A stretch of 44,068 bases of DNA from Myxococcales bacterium. GTDB lineage: Bacteria > Myxococcota > Myxococcia > Myxococcales > 40CM-4-68-19. Positions 21,157-29,662 of the stretch are shown one piece after another. Numbering within the stretch: the first letter of the stretch is position 1; every line of letters begins with the position of its first letter. The notes below the pieces were generated by a model, which had not been told where the DNA came from, did not search any database, and saw only the letters and a list, made by a program, of their open reading frames with translations. Where the stretch lies: contig DASREU010000189.1 in assembly GCA_035651935.1 (NCBI GenBank), forward strand, positions 1 through 44,068, written 5' to 3'. Both the position numbers and the translations under genes were made by a program.

Positions 21157-22794
21157 ATGCGCCGGGGCCTGCTCCTCGCGGCGCTGCTGTGCGCGTGCCG
21201 CGAGAAGGCGGCACAGCCAGCTCCGCCTGCTCCTCCCGCTCCGCCGGCGCCGCCTGAGCTGGTCCGGGAGCAGGAGCCGAACGACTTCCAGCGCGCGCAG
21301 CAGATTTCGGCGCGGGCGACCGTGAGCGGGACGCTGACGGCGCCCCGCGACGACGACTGGTATCGGGTGGGAGCGGGACCGGGAAGGACGCTGGCCCTGC
21401 ACATCGAGCTGAAGCGCGTCCGCGATGCGACGCTCGAGGCGTACGACCGCGATCGCAACCGGATGCTGCGCGTGCACGCCGGCGGAGAGGACCCGGGCGT
21501 GGTCCCGGCGCTCGCGTGTATCGAGGCGTGCTTTCTTCGCGTCTTCGGGGCCGGGCCACAGGAGTACGAGCTCTCGGTGCTCGGCGGCGACCCGCAGCCC
21601 GGGCAGGAGCTGGAGCCCAACGACCGCGCCGTGGACGCGACGGGGCTGCAGGCGGGACAGGCGATGCAGGGCACGTATCTGTCGGCCGAGGACGAGGACT
21701 GGTACCGGCTCTCGCTGGCGCCCGGCGCGTCCGACATGCTCCGGATCGAGGTCACGCCTGTCGCCGGCGCGCGTCCCGAGCTGGAGGTGCGGTCGCTGCA
21801 GGACGGCGCCCTGCTCGCCACGTTTCACGGGACGGACGGATTGCTCGTGCGCGATCTCTCGCTGCATCTCGGAGAAGCGCCAGCCTCTGGCGCGATGGAC
21901 GACGGCGGCAGCCCGGACGCGGGCACCCCCGGCGCGGGCTACTACCTGGTGCTCAAGGGCAAATCCCGGCGCGTCTCGCCGCTCACACCGTACACGATCA
22001 CGGCGACGCTGGAGGCGGGCGCGCCCGACCAGGAGATCGAGCCGAACGACGATCCCCAGCACGCGACGCCGCTGCACGAGTCGGCGACGGGATTCATCGC
22101 GCCTGCCGGCGACCAGGACTGGTTCCGGATCCACGCCGAACAGCCGATGGTCGTTCACGCCGAGCTCTCGGGCGCGGATCGCGCGGATCTCGAGCTCGCC
22201 GCATACGTCGATGCGTCGCCGGACAAGCCGCGCCTGATCGCTCGGGTCAACGAGGGTGGCGCGCGCGACCCCGAGGTCTTGCCGGCCGTCGGGATCCCGG
22301 CCGGCGACAGCTACTTGCTGGTGCAGGCGGCAGCCCGCCAGCTCGACGGGAAATGGATCCGCGACGGCGAGGACCGGCAGAACCCGTATCGGCTGGTGGT
22401 CCAGGTCTCGCCCGACGACGGCACGACGGAACGCGAGCCGAACGACGACGTGGCATCCGCCCAGGTGGTGGCGCTGCCGATCGCGCTCAAGGGCTGGATC
22501 TGGCCGCGCAAGGACGTCGACGTGTTCCGCTTTCACGTCGACGCGGGGCACGCGCCGGTCAGCGTGGCGCTCTCGGCGGTGCGCGGCGTGGACCTGCAGC
22601 TGCGGCTCTACCAGCTTCGCGGCGAGCGGACGCCCGAGGTGATCGGGTCCTCGGATGCGAAGCGCGGCGAGGGCGAGGAGAAGCTGCTCTCGGTGCCGCT
22701 GAAGGAGGGCGACTACGCCGTGGAAGTCTCCAGCCCGCGGAACAAGGACGCGAGCGCGTCGCAGCCGTACACGTTGACCGTCGGTAGTCCTTGA
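21157..22794 (+). CDS. Lipoprotein with four pre-peptidase C-terminal (PPC)-like repeats
   Basis: 545 aa. It has a signal peptide with a Cys-containing lipobox region (LLAALLCAC), then a (PAPP)n linker. Four modules follow, each starting E-x-EPND and containing D-x-DW[YF]R[VLI]; the last is degenerate (KDVDVFRF). No catalytic domain is seen. Confidence 0.8.
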   Translation: MRRGLLLAALLCACREKAAQPAPPAPPAPPAPPELVREQEPNDFQRAQQISARATVSGTLTAPRDDDWYRVGAGPGRTLALHIELKRVRDATLEAYDRDRNRMLRVHAGGEDPGVVPALACIEACFLRVFGAGPQEYELSVLGGDPQPGQELEPNDRAVDATGLQAGQAMQGTYLSAEDEDWYRLSLAPGASDMLRIEVTPVAGARPELEVRSLQDGALLATFHGTDGLLVRDLSLHLGEAPASGAMDDGGSPDAGTPGAGYYLVLKGKSRRVSPLTPYTITATLEAGAPDQEIEPNDDPQHATPLHESATGFIAPAGDQDWFRIHAEQPMVVHAELSGADRADLELAAYVDASPDKPRLIARVNEGGARDPEVLPAVGIPAGDSYLLVQAAARQLDGKWIRDGEDRQNPYRLVVQVSPDDGTTEREPNDDVASAQVVALPIALKGWIWPRKDVDVFRFHVDAGHAPVSVALSAVRGVDLQLRLYQLRGERTPEVIGSSDAKRGEGEEKLLSVPLKEGDYAVEVSSPRNKDASASQPYTLTVGSP

Positions 22795-22830
22795 CGGCCT
22801 CCGGACCCGCGACTAGCCTTCGCGGTCCGG

Positions 22831-22906
22831 GCGGGAATAGCTCAGTTGGTAGAGCATCAGCTTCCCAAGCTGAGGGTCGCCGGTTCGAATCCGGTTTCCC
22901 GCTCCA
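22831..22906 (+). tRNA. tRNA-Gly (anticodon CCC)
   Basis: Cloverleaf folded by hand:
- acceptor GCGGGAA/TTCCCGC
- D arm GCTC-AGTTGGTA-GAGC
- anticodon arm TCAGC-TTCCCAA-GCTGA (CCC at positions 34-36)
- variable loop GGGTC
- T arm GCCGG-TTCGAAT-CCGGT
- discriminator T and an encoded CCA. Confidence 0.9.
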
Positions 22907-23211
22907 CTCCGAATCCCGGATCGTCCTCAGCGTCGAGAGCGGCGTCGGCCGTGAGTCGTCGCCCCGTCGCATCGCGATCGAGGACGACCGCGAGCAGCGC
23001 GTTGTCCAGACCCGGTGCCGGTGCGGCCGCCGCGGCTGGACCTCCGCTCCGAGTCGCGCGCGACGAAAGGTCACAGGCGCCGTGCGCTGAACGAAGAGCA
23101 CCAGACGGCTCGCGGGATCTACGTGAGCCGTTGGTCGTGTTGATCTTTCTCCTCACGGAGTGAGACTGCCCGCAACAATTCGAAACATTCCCCGGGGACC
23201 GTGCCGCCAAC

Positions 23212-24618
23212 ATGACCCTTGATATCGCCGAGCTTCTCACCAACCGGGCTGACGAACGGTTCGACCTCCACGACCGCTACGTGAATCCGAAGATGGTTCG
23301 CCTGCTGCGAACGATCGACTTCGACCGGTACTACGTACGTGCCCGCGGCGCGTATCTCTACGACCGCGACGGCGAGAGGTACCTCGACCTGCTTTCCGGT
23401 TTCGGCGTCTTCGCGCTCGGCCGTAATCACCCGGTGGTGAAGAAGGCGATCGCCGACGTGGTCGGGTCTGATCTGCCGGACCTGGTCCAGATGGATGCCT
23501 CGCCGCTCTCGGGGCTTCTGGCGGAGCAACTCATCTCGCGCGTGCCGCAATGCGAGCGGGTGTTCTTCTGCAATTCGGGAACTGAGGCCGTGGAAGCTGC
23601 GATCAAGCTCGCTCGCGCGGCGACGGGGCGCGCGAGGCTCGTCTATTGCGATCATGCTTTTCACGGTCTGACGATGGGGTCGCTGTCACTGAATGGGGAC
23701 GAAATCTTCCGCTCCGGGTTCGAACCGCTGCTGCCGGATGCCGCGCGTGTCGCTTTCAACGACCTCCCGGCCCTCGAGCAGGTCCTGCGATCCAACGACG
23801 TTGCGGCGTTCTTCGTGGAACCGATCCAGGGCAAGGGCGTGAATCTGCCGTCCCGTGACTATCTGGCAGAAGCGAGCCGGCTGTGTAGAAGGCATGGAAC
23901 ACTTCTCGTCGTCGACGAGGTGCAGACTGGCATCGGCCGTACCGGATCATTTCTCGCTTCGAGTGCATCGGGCGCCGACCCCGATCTCGTTCTGCTCGCG
24001 AAGGCGCTTTCGGGTGGATTCGTTCCCGTGGGCGCGGTTCTCGGCAAGCGATGGGTTTTCGAGAAGACCTTCGACCGGATGGATCGAGCGGTCGTCCACG
24101 GTTCCACCTTTGGCAAGAACAACCTCGCGATGGCCGCAGGGCTCGCGACGCTGGCCGCCCTCGACGAGGAGCACCTCATCGAGAACTCCGCGGTTCGCGG
24201 TGCAAGCCTCATCCGGCGCCTTTCGAAGCTCATGGAGAAGTACCCGGTGTTGAGGGAGGTGCGCGGGCGCGGGCTCATGATCGGACTCGAATTCGGCCCG
24301 CCGTCCTCGGCTACGAATCGCGTTGCCTGGTCCGTTCTGGAAAGCGCCACCAAGGGCCTGTTCTGCCAGACGATCGTCATCCCGCTCCTGGCGCGCCATC
24401 ACATTCTCTCCCAGGTCGCCGGCCACCAGATGCATGTGATCAAGCTGCTTCCGCCGCTGTGCATCTCGGAGGAGGATGAGGACTGGATCGTGCGCGCGTT
24501 CGACGACGTCATCGGGCGATGCGAAAACGTCCCCGGTGCGGCGTGGGATTTGATGAGCACGCTGGCCTCGAAGTCGCTGAAAGGCCGCAGTCCCCAACGC
24601 CGCGATCGGCAGTCGTAG
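23212..24618 (+). CDS. Class-III PLP-dependent aminotransferase (acetylornithine/putrescine aminotransferase-like)
   Basis: 468 aa. Motifs: FFCNSGTEAVEAAIKLAR, VVDEVQTGIGRTG, and LLAKALSGGFVP (the Schiff-base Lys context). GC and codon usage are visibly lower than in the flanks. Confidence 0.85.
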   Translation: MTLDIAELLTNRADERFDLHDRYVNPKMVRLLRTIDFDRYYVRARGAYLYDRDGERYLDLLSGFGVFALGRNHPVVKKAIADVVGSDLPDLVQMDASPLSGLLAEQLISRVPQCERVFFCNSGTEAVEAAIKLARAATGRARLVYCDHAFHGLTMGSLSLNGDEIFRSGFEPLLPDAARVAFNDLPALEQVLRSNDVAAFFVEPIQGKGVNLPSRDYLAEASRLCRRHGTLLVVDEVQTGIGRTGSFLASSASGADPDLVLLAKALSGGFVPVGAVLGKRWVFEKTFDRMDRAVVHGSTFGKNNLAMAAGLATLAALDEEHLIENSAVRGASLIRRLSKLMEKYPVLREVRGRGLMIGLEFGPPSSATNRVAWSVLESATKGLFCQTIVIPLLARHHILSQVAGHQMHVIKLLPPLCISEEDEDWIVRAFDDVIGRCENVPGAAWDLMSTLASKSLKGRSPQRRDRQS

Positions 24619-24799
24619 GTACGATGTACGTACGAGCTCGAGGGCCCTTCTGAGATCCGATTGGCCAGCTCGCAGGTCCTCACCTCGCTACTCCCCCACT
24701 CTTCGAGGCTGAAGGAACGAAGGCGGCGGACAATGTCCGAATGATCTCTGCTACGCTCGCTGGACCCCGCGCACGGGAGCGCGGCGCCCGAGGGATCCC

Positions 24800-25234
24800 A
24801 TGACGTGGATGGTCGCCTTGATCCTTGCTGCAGGTGCGGCATCGCCGAAGGATGCCGAGCAGGAAGTCCGGAAGCTCAGCGCGGACGAGGTGCAGGCGTT
24901 CCTGAACAAGGACCGCGACAAGCTCGCGACGCTCTGGTCCGACGACTTCGTGGTCACGAACCCGCTGAACAAGCTCGTCACCAAGCAGCAGGTGCTCGGG
25001 ATGGTCGACTCGGGTTTCCTGGTGATCACCTCGTTCACGCGAACGGTGGAGTACGTGCGCGCCTACGGCGACACGGTCCTCCTCGCGGGGACCGAGGACT
25101 GTGTGTTTGGCGGCAAGATGCCTCTCGCGGGAAAGCGCACCCAGCTGCGCTTCACTTCGATCTGGATGAAGCAGGGGAACCGGTGGCAGCAGGTCGCGCG
25201 GCATGCCAACGTGGTGCCCCCGACGCCAGGATGA
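24800..25234 (+). CDS. Secreted SnoaL-like / DUF4440 (NTF2-fold) protein
   Basis: 144 aa. It has a signal peptide (MTWMVALILAAGAASP). NTF2-like pattern: FLNKDRDKLATLWSDDFVVTNP ... FTSIWMKQGNRWQQVARH. A GAGGGA Shine-Dalgarno sequence lies 4 nt upstream of the ATG. Confidence 0.7.
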   Translation: MTWMVALILAAGAASPKDAEQEVRKLSADEVQAFLNKDRDKLATLWSDDFVVTNPLNKLVTKQQVLGMVDSGFLVITSFTRTVEYVRAYGDTVLLAGTEDCVFGGKMPLAGKRTQLRFTSIWMKQGNRWQQVARHANVVPPTPG

Positions 25235-25648
25235 AGTCGGACGCCGATGCCGTCGCCGTTCCCCTGCGACCCGTCGACCGGGGCAAACATGGCGGTCGCG
25301 GCCGTCGTTGTTGACGGCGGCGAAGAGCCTCTCCACCGGGCGCGGGCCACCACGAACGCTGCCCCGTGACGCACTGCGGCCCGTCCCGGGACGAGCCTGG
25401 AACAGTCCATTGAAATGGTTGCGGAGAATGTACGTCAATGTGGTTAGATTCCACTGTCACGGTTATGATTTCCGGGCCTCGCCTGCCGCCCGCAGCACAT
25501 CCTCGGCGCCCTCGAATCTCCAACTGGATCCAGCTCTTGTCTTCCCCCCGCACCGGTGTCCGGCCAGGTCGGCTTTCCGCATGCGCCCGGACCCGCGTTG
25601 ATCCCAAGTCGGAGTTGCCCCTAGCCTTGCCGACATGGGGGTTCGCAC

Positions 25649-26125
25649 ATGAAGCGCGCACTGATCGTCTGCGGGGCACTCGGGCTGCTCTGTTCCTGCT
25701 CTCCGGCATCGGAGGGCAGCCTGTCGCTGGATACGCGATCGGCCGCCCTGTCCGCGGAGCAATGCTCTTTCTTCGGTACCGACGGCAAGGTCCTCATCTG
25801 CCACGCCACCTCGTCCAGGAAGAACCCCTACGTGGCGATCCGCGTCTCGGAGGACGGCTGCATCAACGGGCACGCCGGACATGAGGGCGATTACGTCGCG
25901 CTCGATGACGCGATGTGCCTGGGGGGCAGCTGTCTCGACGACGGCGCGCCCTGCGACGGCACCCTGGACTGCTGCGACGGGTCGGTGTGTTCCGCGGCCG
26001 GAACCTGCGCTCCGGTCGGTCCGACCTGCCATGGCATGGGCCAGTCGTGTGCGAGCGATACGGACTGCTGCACCGGGCTGTTCTGCCTCCTCGGGATGGG
26101 TCAGGTCTGCGGCCGAGCGGGCTGA
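25649..26125 (+). CDS. Cysteine-rich lipoprotein with two tandem knottin-like 6-Cys modules
   Basis: 158 aa with 19 Cys. It has a signal peptide and lipobox (ALGLLCSC). The N-terminal motif is LICHATSSRKNPYVAIRVSEDG. The C-terminal half carries two copies of C-x6-C-x5-CC-x4-C-x5/7-C. A GGGGG Shine-Dalgarno-like run lies 7 nt upstream. Confidence 0.7.
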   Translation: MKRALIVCGALGLLCSCSPASEGSLSLDTRSAALSAEQCSFFGTDGKVLICHATSSRKNPYVAIRVSEDGCINGHAGHEGDYVALDDAMCLGGSCLDDGAPCDGTLDCCDGSVCSAAGTCAPVGPTCHGMGQSCASDTDCCTGLFCLLGMGQVCGRAG

Positions 26126-26162
26126 GCGGAGCTCCGCGCGCCGGCCGCCGCTGATCCGGCGG

Positions 26163-27092
26163 TCAGCGCGTCTTCCAGCGGATCGCCATGTCGCGGATCT
26201 GCGCGGGAGGCGGCGTGCACGCGACCTTGCGCGTCTTCTCCCGGCCGGAGGGATCGCGGATCGCGACCAACGCGAACGTCTGCCCCGGCTTGCGGACCAC
26301 CCTGACGTGGAACCGTCCCGTGGGGTCGAGCGGCGCAACCGCGCCATCGACGGTGACCTCGGATCCCTCCGCGGCTTCGCCGTCGATCTCGGCGCACAGC
26401 GTCTCGCTCGAATCCGCCAGCGCATTTCCCACCTTCAGCAGCACGGAGGTGGGAATCGCCGTCGGCGGCAGCGGGGTGCCGCCCTGCGGGACGAACGACT
26501 GCTCGCCGCCGGCCACGTGAACGCTCTGCCGGCGGGTGTGCAATTCGACGCCGCCCGAGGTGGTGGCCACGGCGATGCCGGTGCCGGTGCTCAGCACGCC
26601 GAACCGCGCCGACTTCGTCTCCGCCACCGTCTCGCCGCTGCCGTCCTCGACGCGCAGCACACGCTCGCCCTCGCGCTCGTAATCCGCGGCCATCCGGCCG
26701 CGCGTGAGGCGGAAGCGGTGCACGGAATCGGTGAGCTCGCGGATCGACACTTCCGACGACGCTCCGATGCTCACCCGCGCGCGCTGTCCGACGGACAGAT
26801 CGGTGCGGCCGTCCGACCCGGTGCGCAGCAGGCTGTCGACGCGGACGCTGTCGCCCGGACGCAGCCTCGACCACGATCCTCCCTCGCGCCCGTTCTCCAC
26901 GTCGCCTTCGACGGAGATGACCAGCGCCTGCACCGCGGGCGTCGCGGATTGGGCCGGCGGGGCCGGCGCCGCTTTCGGCGGTGCCTTCGGCGGCTCGTAC
27001 ACGGCCAGACGGAACACCAGCAGCGACGCCAGCAGGCCGGCGACGATCACGGCCGCGATCTGCGCTGGAAGCCGGCGTTGCCGCTCGTTCAA
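26163..27092 (-). CDS. FecR domain-containing membrane protein (FecR1)
   Basis: This is the C-terminal 309 codons of ORF 26163..28244. The only plausible start is the TTG at 27090-27092, which overlaps the upstream kinase stop as TTGA. It has one TM helix (IAAVIVAGLLASLLVF), a Pro/Ala linker, a FecR-like beta-rich core, and an Ig-like tail (GRFHVRVVRKPGQTFALVAIRDPSGRE). Confidence 0.7.
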   Translation of the reverse strand: MNERQRRLPAQIAAVIVAGLLASLLVFRLAVYEPPKAPPKAAPAPPAQSATPAVQALVISVEGDVENGREGGSWSRLRPGDSVRVDSLLRTGSDGRTDLSVGQRARVSIGASSEVSIRELTDSVHRFRLTRGRMAADYEREGERVLRVEDGSGETVAETKSARFGVLSTGTGIAVATTSGGVELHTRRQSVHVAGGEQSFVPQGGTPLPPTAIPTSVLLKVGNALADSSETLCAEIDGEAAEGSEVTVDGAVAPLDPTGRFHVRVVRKPGQTFALVAIRDPSGREKTRKVACTPPPAQIRDMAIRWKTR

Positions 27093-27811
27093 GGGACGGC
27101 GCCTCCGCCGGCGGGCAACGAAAGGGCGAACTCGGTCCGTGCCCAGCTCGCGCGCTGGGGGTCGTCCGCGTCGACCAGGTGGACCTCTCCGCCGGCGCGC
27201 TCCATCGCCGCGCGCGTCAGGTGCAGCCCGAGCCCGGTCCCCTTCGAAGGAGGCTTGGTGGTGAAGCGCGGCCGGAAGATCAGCGGCCGGATCTCCTCCG
27301 CGATCCCCACTCCTTCGTCGCTGACGCGGATCTGCACCCGCTCGCCGCCGCGGAGGACCCTCACTTGCAGGCGGGCCGCGCCGCCGCGCTCCTCGACCGC
27401 ATCGAGGGCGTTCACCAGGAGGTTCGTGACCGCATGCACGAGCAGGGGCGGCGTTCCCACCGCGACCACCGGCCCCGGCGCCGATTCGAGCGAGAAGCGC
27501 GAGCCCAGCTTGCGGATCCGCGGGCTGAGCAGCGAGACGGCGCGCCGCACCGTCTCGTCGACGGGAAACGGGGCACGCTCGACGCGGCCGCCGGCGAACA
27601 GCTCCTGGTAGGTCCGGAGGAGCTCCTCCATCCGCCCCGCCTGCTGCTGCAGCATCTGCCATTCCTGGAGTGCGGCGACCGCCGGAATGCGCCGCGCCAG
27701 AAGCTCGAGGCCGGCGAGGATGCCCATCAGCGGATGGCGCATCTCGTGAATCAGGCCCGGGCCCAGCGGCTCCGCCTCTTCGACCAGCTCCTTGCGATCC
27801 GGTTCGTCCAT
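27089..27811 (-). CDS. Minimal soluble histidine kinase (HisKA + HATPase_c only)
   Basis: This is an in-frame ATG inside ORF 27089..28918 (240 aa). Motifs: H-box LIHEMRHPLMGI, N-box LLVNALDA, G1 SDEGVGI, G2 GTGLGL. There is no TM or sensor domain. It starts 8 nt after the upstream kinase stop. Confidence 0.8.
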   Translation of the reverse strand: MDEPDRKELVEEAEPLGPGLIHEMRHPLMGILAGLELLARRIPAVAALQEWQMLQQQAGRMEELLRTYQELFAGGRVERAPFPVDETVRRAVSLLSPRIRKLGSRFSLESAPGPVVAVGTPPLLVHAVTNLLVNALDAVEERGGAARLQVRVLRGGERVQIRVSDEGVGIAEEIRPLIFRPRFTTKPPSKGTGLGLHLTRAAMERAGGEVHLVDADDPQRASWARTEFALSLPAGGGAVP

Positions 27812-27819
27812 CGCTCTCC

Positions 27820-29649
27820 CTAGCTGAGGTGCGCAGGCGCCGTGGCGGCCGGCAGCACGACGGTGAAGATCGAGCCGCGCCCTTCGACGCTGTCGACCAG
27901 GATCCTTCCGTGGTGCGCCTCGACGATGCTGTGCGAGATGGAGAGGCCGAGCCCCGCCCCTTTTCCCTGGCCATCCTTGGTGGAGAAGAACGGATCGAAG
28001 ATCCGCTCCCGGGCGGCCGGCGAGATTCCCCGCCCGCTGTCCGCGACCACCAGCTTGAGCGAATCGCCGCCGAGCGCCGCCACCCGGACCTCCAGCTTCC
28101 CCCCCGACGGCATCGCCTGCAGGGCATTGCGCACCAGGTGCTCCACCACCTGCTCGATCTGGATCGGATCGCCCTCCACCTCGCGCACCGCCTCCTCCAG
28201 ATCCGCGGCGACCGCCACCTTCGACTGCTCGAGTTGCGCGGCATATCTCTGCAACACGTTCTTCACCGGCGCGGCCAGCGCGAACCTGCGCCCTTGCACC
28301 GCGCGCTCCTGGGCCGCGAACTGCTGCAGACCCTCGACGATGCGCGCCACGCGCTGGACCTGCTCCTGCGCCTTGCGGACGGTCAGCGCCTGCTTCTCGT
28401 TGGCCTCGCGCTCGAGCAGGGCGAGGAATCCGCCGATCGCCATCAGCGGATTGTTGATCTCGTGCGCCACGCCGGCGCCGAGCGAACCGATCGCCGCAAG
28501 CCGGCGCGCGCGGAGGATCTGGTCCTGCGCCGCCTTCAGCTCCTCGCCCTTCTCCTCGACGCGCTGTTGCAGCTGGGAGTTCCAGGCGCGGATCTCCTCG
28601 TCGCGCCGCCCGATCTCCCTGGCCATGTGCCCGAAGGCGCGGGCGAACTCGCCGAGCTCGTCGCGGCCGTGGACCGGCACCGGCTCGCCGTAGCGACCCT
28701 CCTGCAGCGCGCGCGCTGACTTCTTCAGGCTCTCGATCGGGACCGTCAGGCTGCGGGAGACCAGGATCCCGAGCGCACCCGTGAGCAGCAGCGCCACCGC
28801 GCCCCAGAAGAGCGTGTAGCGGCGGACGCGCAGCGCCGGCCCGAGGGCCACGGAGGCGGGCTGCGCGAGCACCGCCACCCATCCCAGATTGCCGACCGGC
28901 GCCGCGGACGCGAGCCACGGCGTTCCATCGGGGCCGGGGAGCGTCCGCGAAGACGGAGCATGCGCGCCTTCGGCGGCGGAGGTGAGCGCCGCAAACGCCT
29001 GCGGCGCTTCCGCGGGGGCGGCGCTCGCGAGCAGGTTCCCGTCCACGGTGGTGAGGAACGCGACGGTGGGCGCCCGGGCGACCTCGCTCATCTCGCGCTG
29101 GAGCCCCGCGAGCGAGAACTGCGCCGCCACGACGCGCGGGGGCCTGGTGGAGACGCGGACCGCGACCGCGACGTGCGGTTCTCCTCCGCGCGATCGGTAA
29201 GGGGCGCCGAGAGCTGTGCCGGCCTGGAGCGCGAGGTCGAGCGGCACGGCGGCGAGGAAGCGGGGAACGTCGTCCGCTGCGATTCCCTGCGCCGCGCCGG
29301 GCCGGGGCTCGGAGAGCGCAGGAAACGACAAGCGACCGTCCTCGTCGAGCAACGCCAGCGCGTCGATGAACTGAAGCTGGCGATAGGGGATTCGCAGCGC
29401 CGACGCCAGCTCGGCGGGGCGGAGCTGATCGAAGGGAAGGATCGACACCGAAAGGCGCAGCCCTTCGACGGCGCGGGCGACCCAGTGCTCGGCGCCGCGC
29501 GCCGCTTCCTGCGCGAGCGCTTCCTGGGCCGCGCCGGCGGTCCGCTCGAGCTCGGCCCGGTTGACGGTGAAGGTGAGAAATCCGAGGAGCGCGAGCGGCA
29601 GGAGCCCCACCACCGTCAGCACCGCGAGGATCTTGGTCCGGAAGCTCAT
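27820..29649 (-). CDS. Membrane sensor histidine kinase (periplasmic sensor, HAMP, HisKA, HATPase_c)
   Basis: 609 aa. It has two TM segments (ILAVLTVVGLLPLALLGFLTF and FWGAVALLLTGALGILV) flanking about 260 aa. These are followed by HAMP, H-box GAGVAHEINNPLMAI, N-box HLVRNALQA, G1 DSGRGI and G2 GAGLGL. Confidence 0.88.
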   Translation of the reverse strand: MSFRTKILAVLTVVGLLPLALLGFLTFTVNRAELERTAGAAQEALAQEAARGAEHWVARAVEGLRLSVSILPFDQLRPAELASALRIPYRQLQFIDALALLDEDGRLSFPALSEPRPGAAQGIAADDVPRFLAAVPLDLALQAGTALGAPYRSRGGEPHVAVAVRVSTRPPRVVAAQFSLAGLQREMSEVARAPTVAFLTTVDGNLLASAAPAEAPQAFAALTSAAEGAHAPSSRTLPGPDGTPWLASAAPVGNLGWVAVLAQPASVALGPALRVRRYTLFWGAVALLLTGALGILVSRSLTVPIESLKKSARALQEGRYGEPVPVHGRDELGEFARAFGHMAREIGRRDEEIRAWNSQLQQRVEEKGEELKAAQDQILRARRLAAIGSLGAGVAHEINNPLMAIGGFLALLEREANEKQALTVRKAQEQVQRVARIVEGLQQFAAQERAVQGRRFALAAPVKNVLQRYAAQLEQSKVAVAADLEEAVREVEGDPIQIEQVVEHLVRNALQAMPSGGKLEVRVAALGGDSLKLVVADSGRGISPAARERIFDPFFSTKDGQGKGAGLGLSISHSIVEAHHGRILVDSVEGRGSIFTVVLPAATAPAHLS

Positions 29650-29662
29650 CGCGGATATCCCC

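Noticed and set aside
25382-25393. The 12-bp perfect palindrome CGTCCCGGGACG (and GCGGAGCTCCGC at 26126-26137) as possible operator sites
   Set aside because: Short GC-rich palindromes built around CCCGGG or GAGCTC are expected by chance at this GC content. There is no second copy and no adjacent regulator to support a binding-site role.
25398-25413. A sigma-54-like motif (TGGAAC-N6-TTGA) in the leader of the Cys-rich lipoprotein gene
   Set aside because: The spacing is one nt off the TGGCAC-N5-TTGC consensus, and the -12 GC is replaced by GA. No enhancer-binding protein gene is nearby. The evidence is insufficient.
22831-26416. An integrative element inserted at tRNA-Gly, suggested by a 9-nt match to the T-arm (TCGAATCCG at 26408-26416) as a possible attR
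   Set aside because: There is no integrase, excisionase or other mobility gene in the segment. A 9-nt match is too short to be meaningful in this composition. Only the compositional dip is retained, as a finding.
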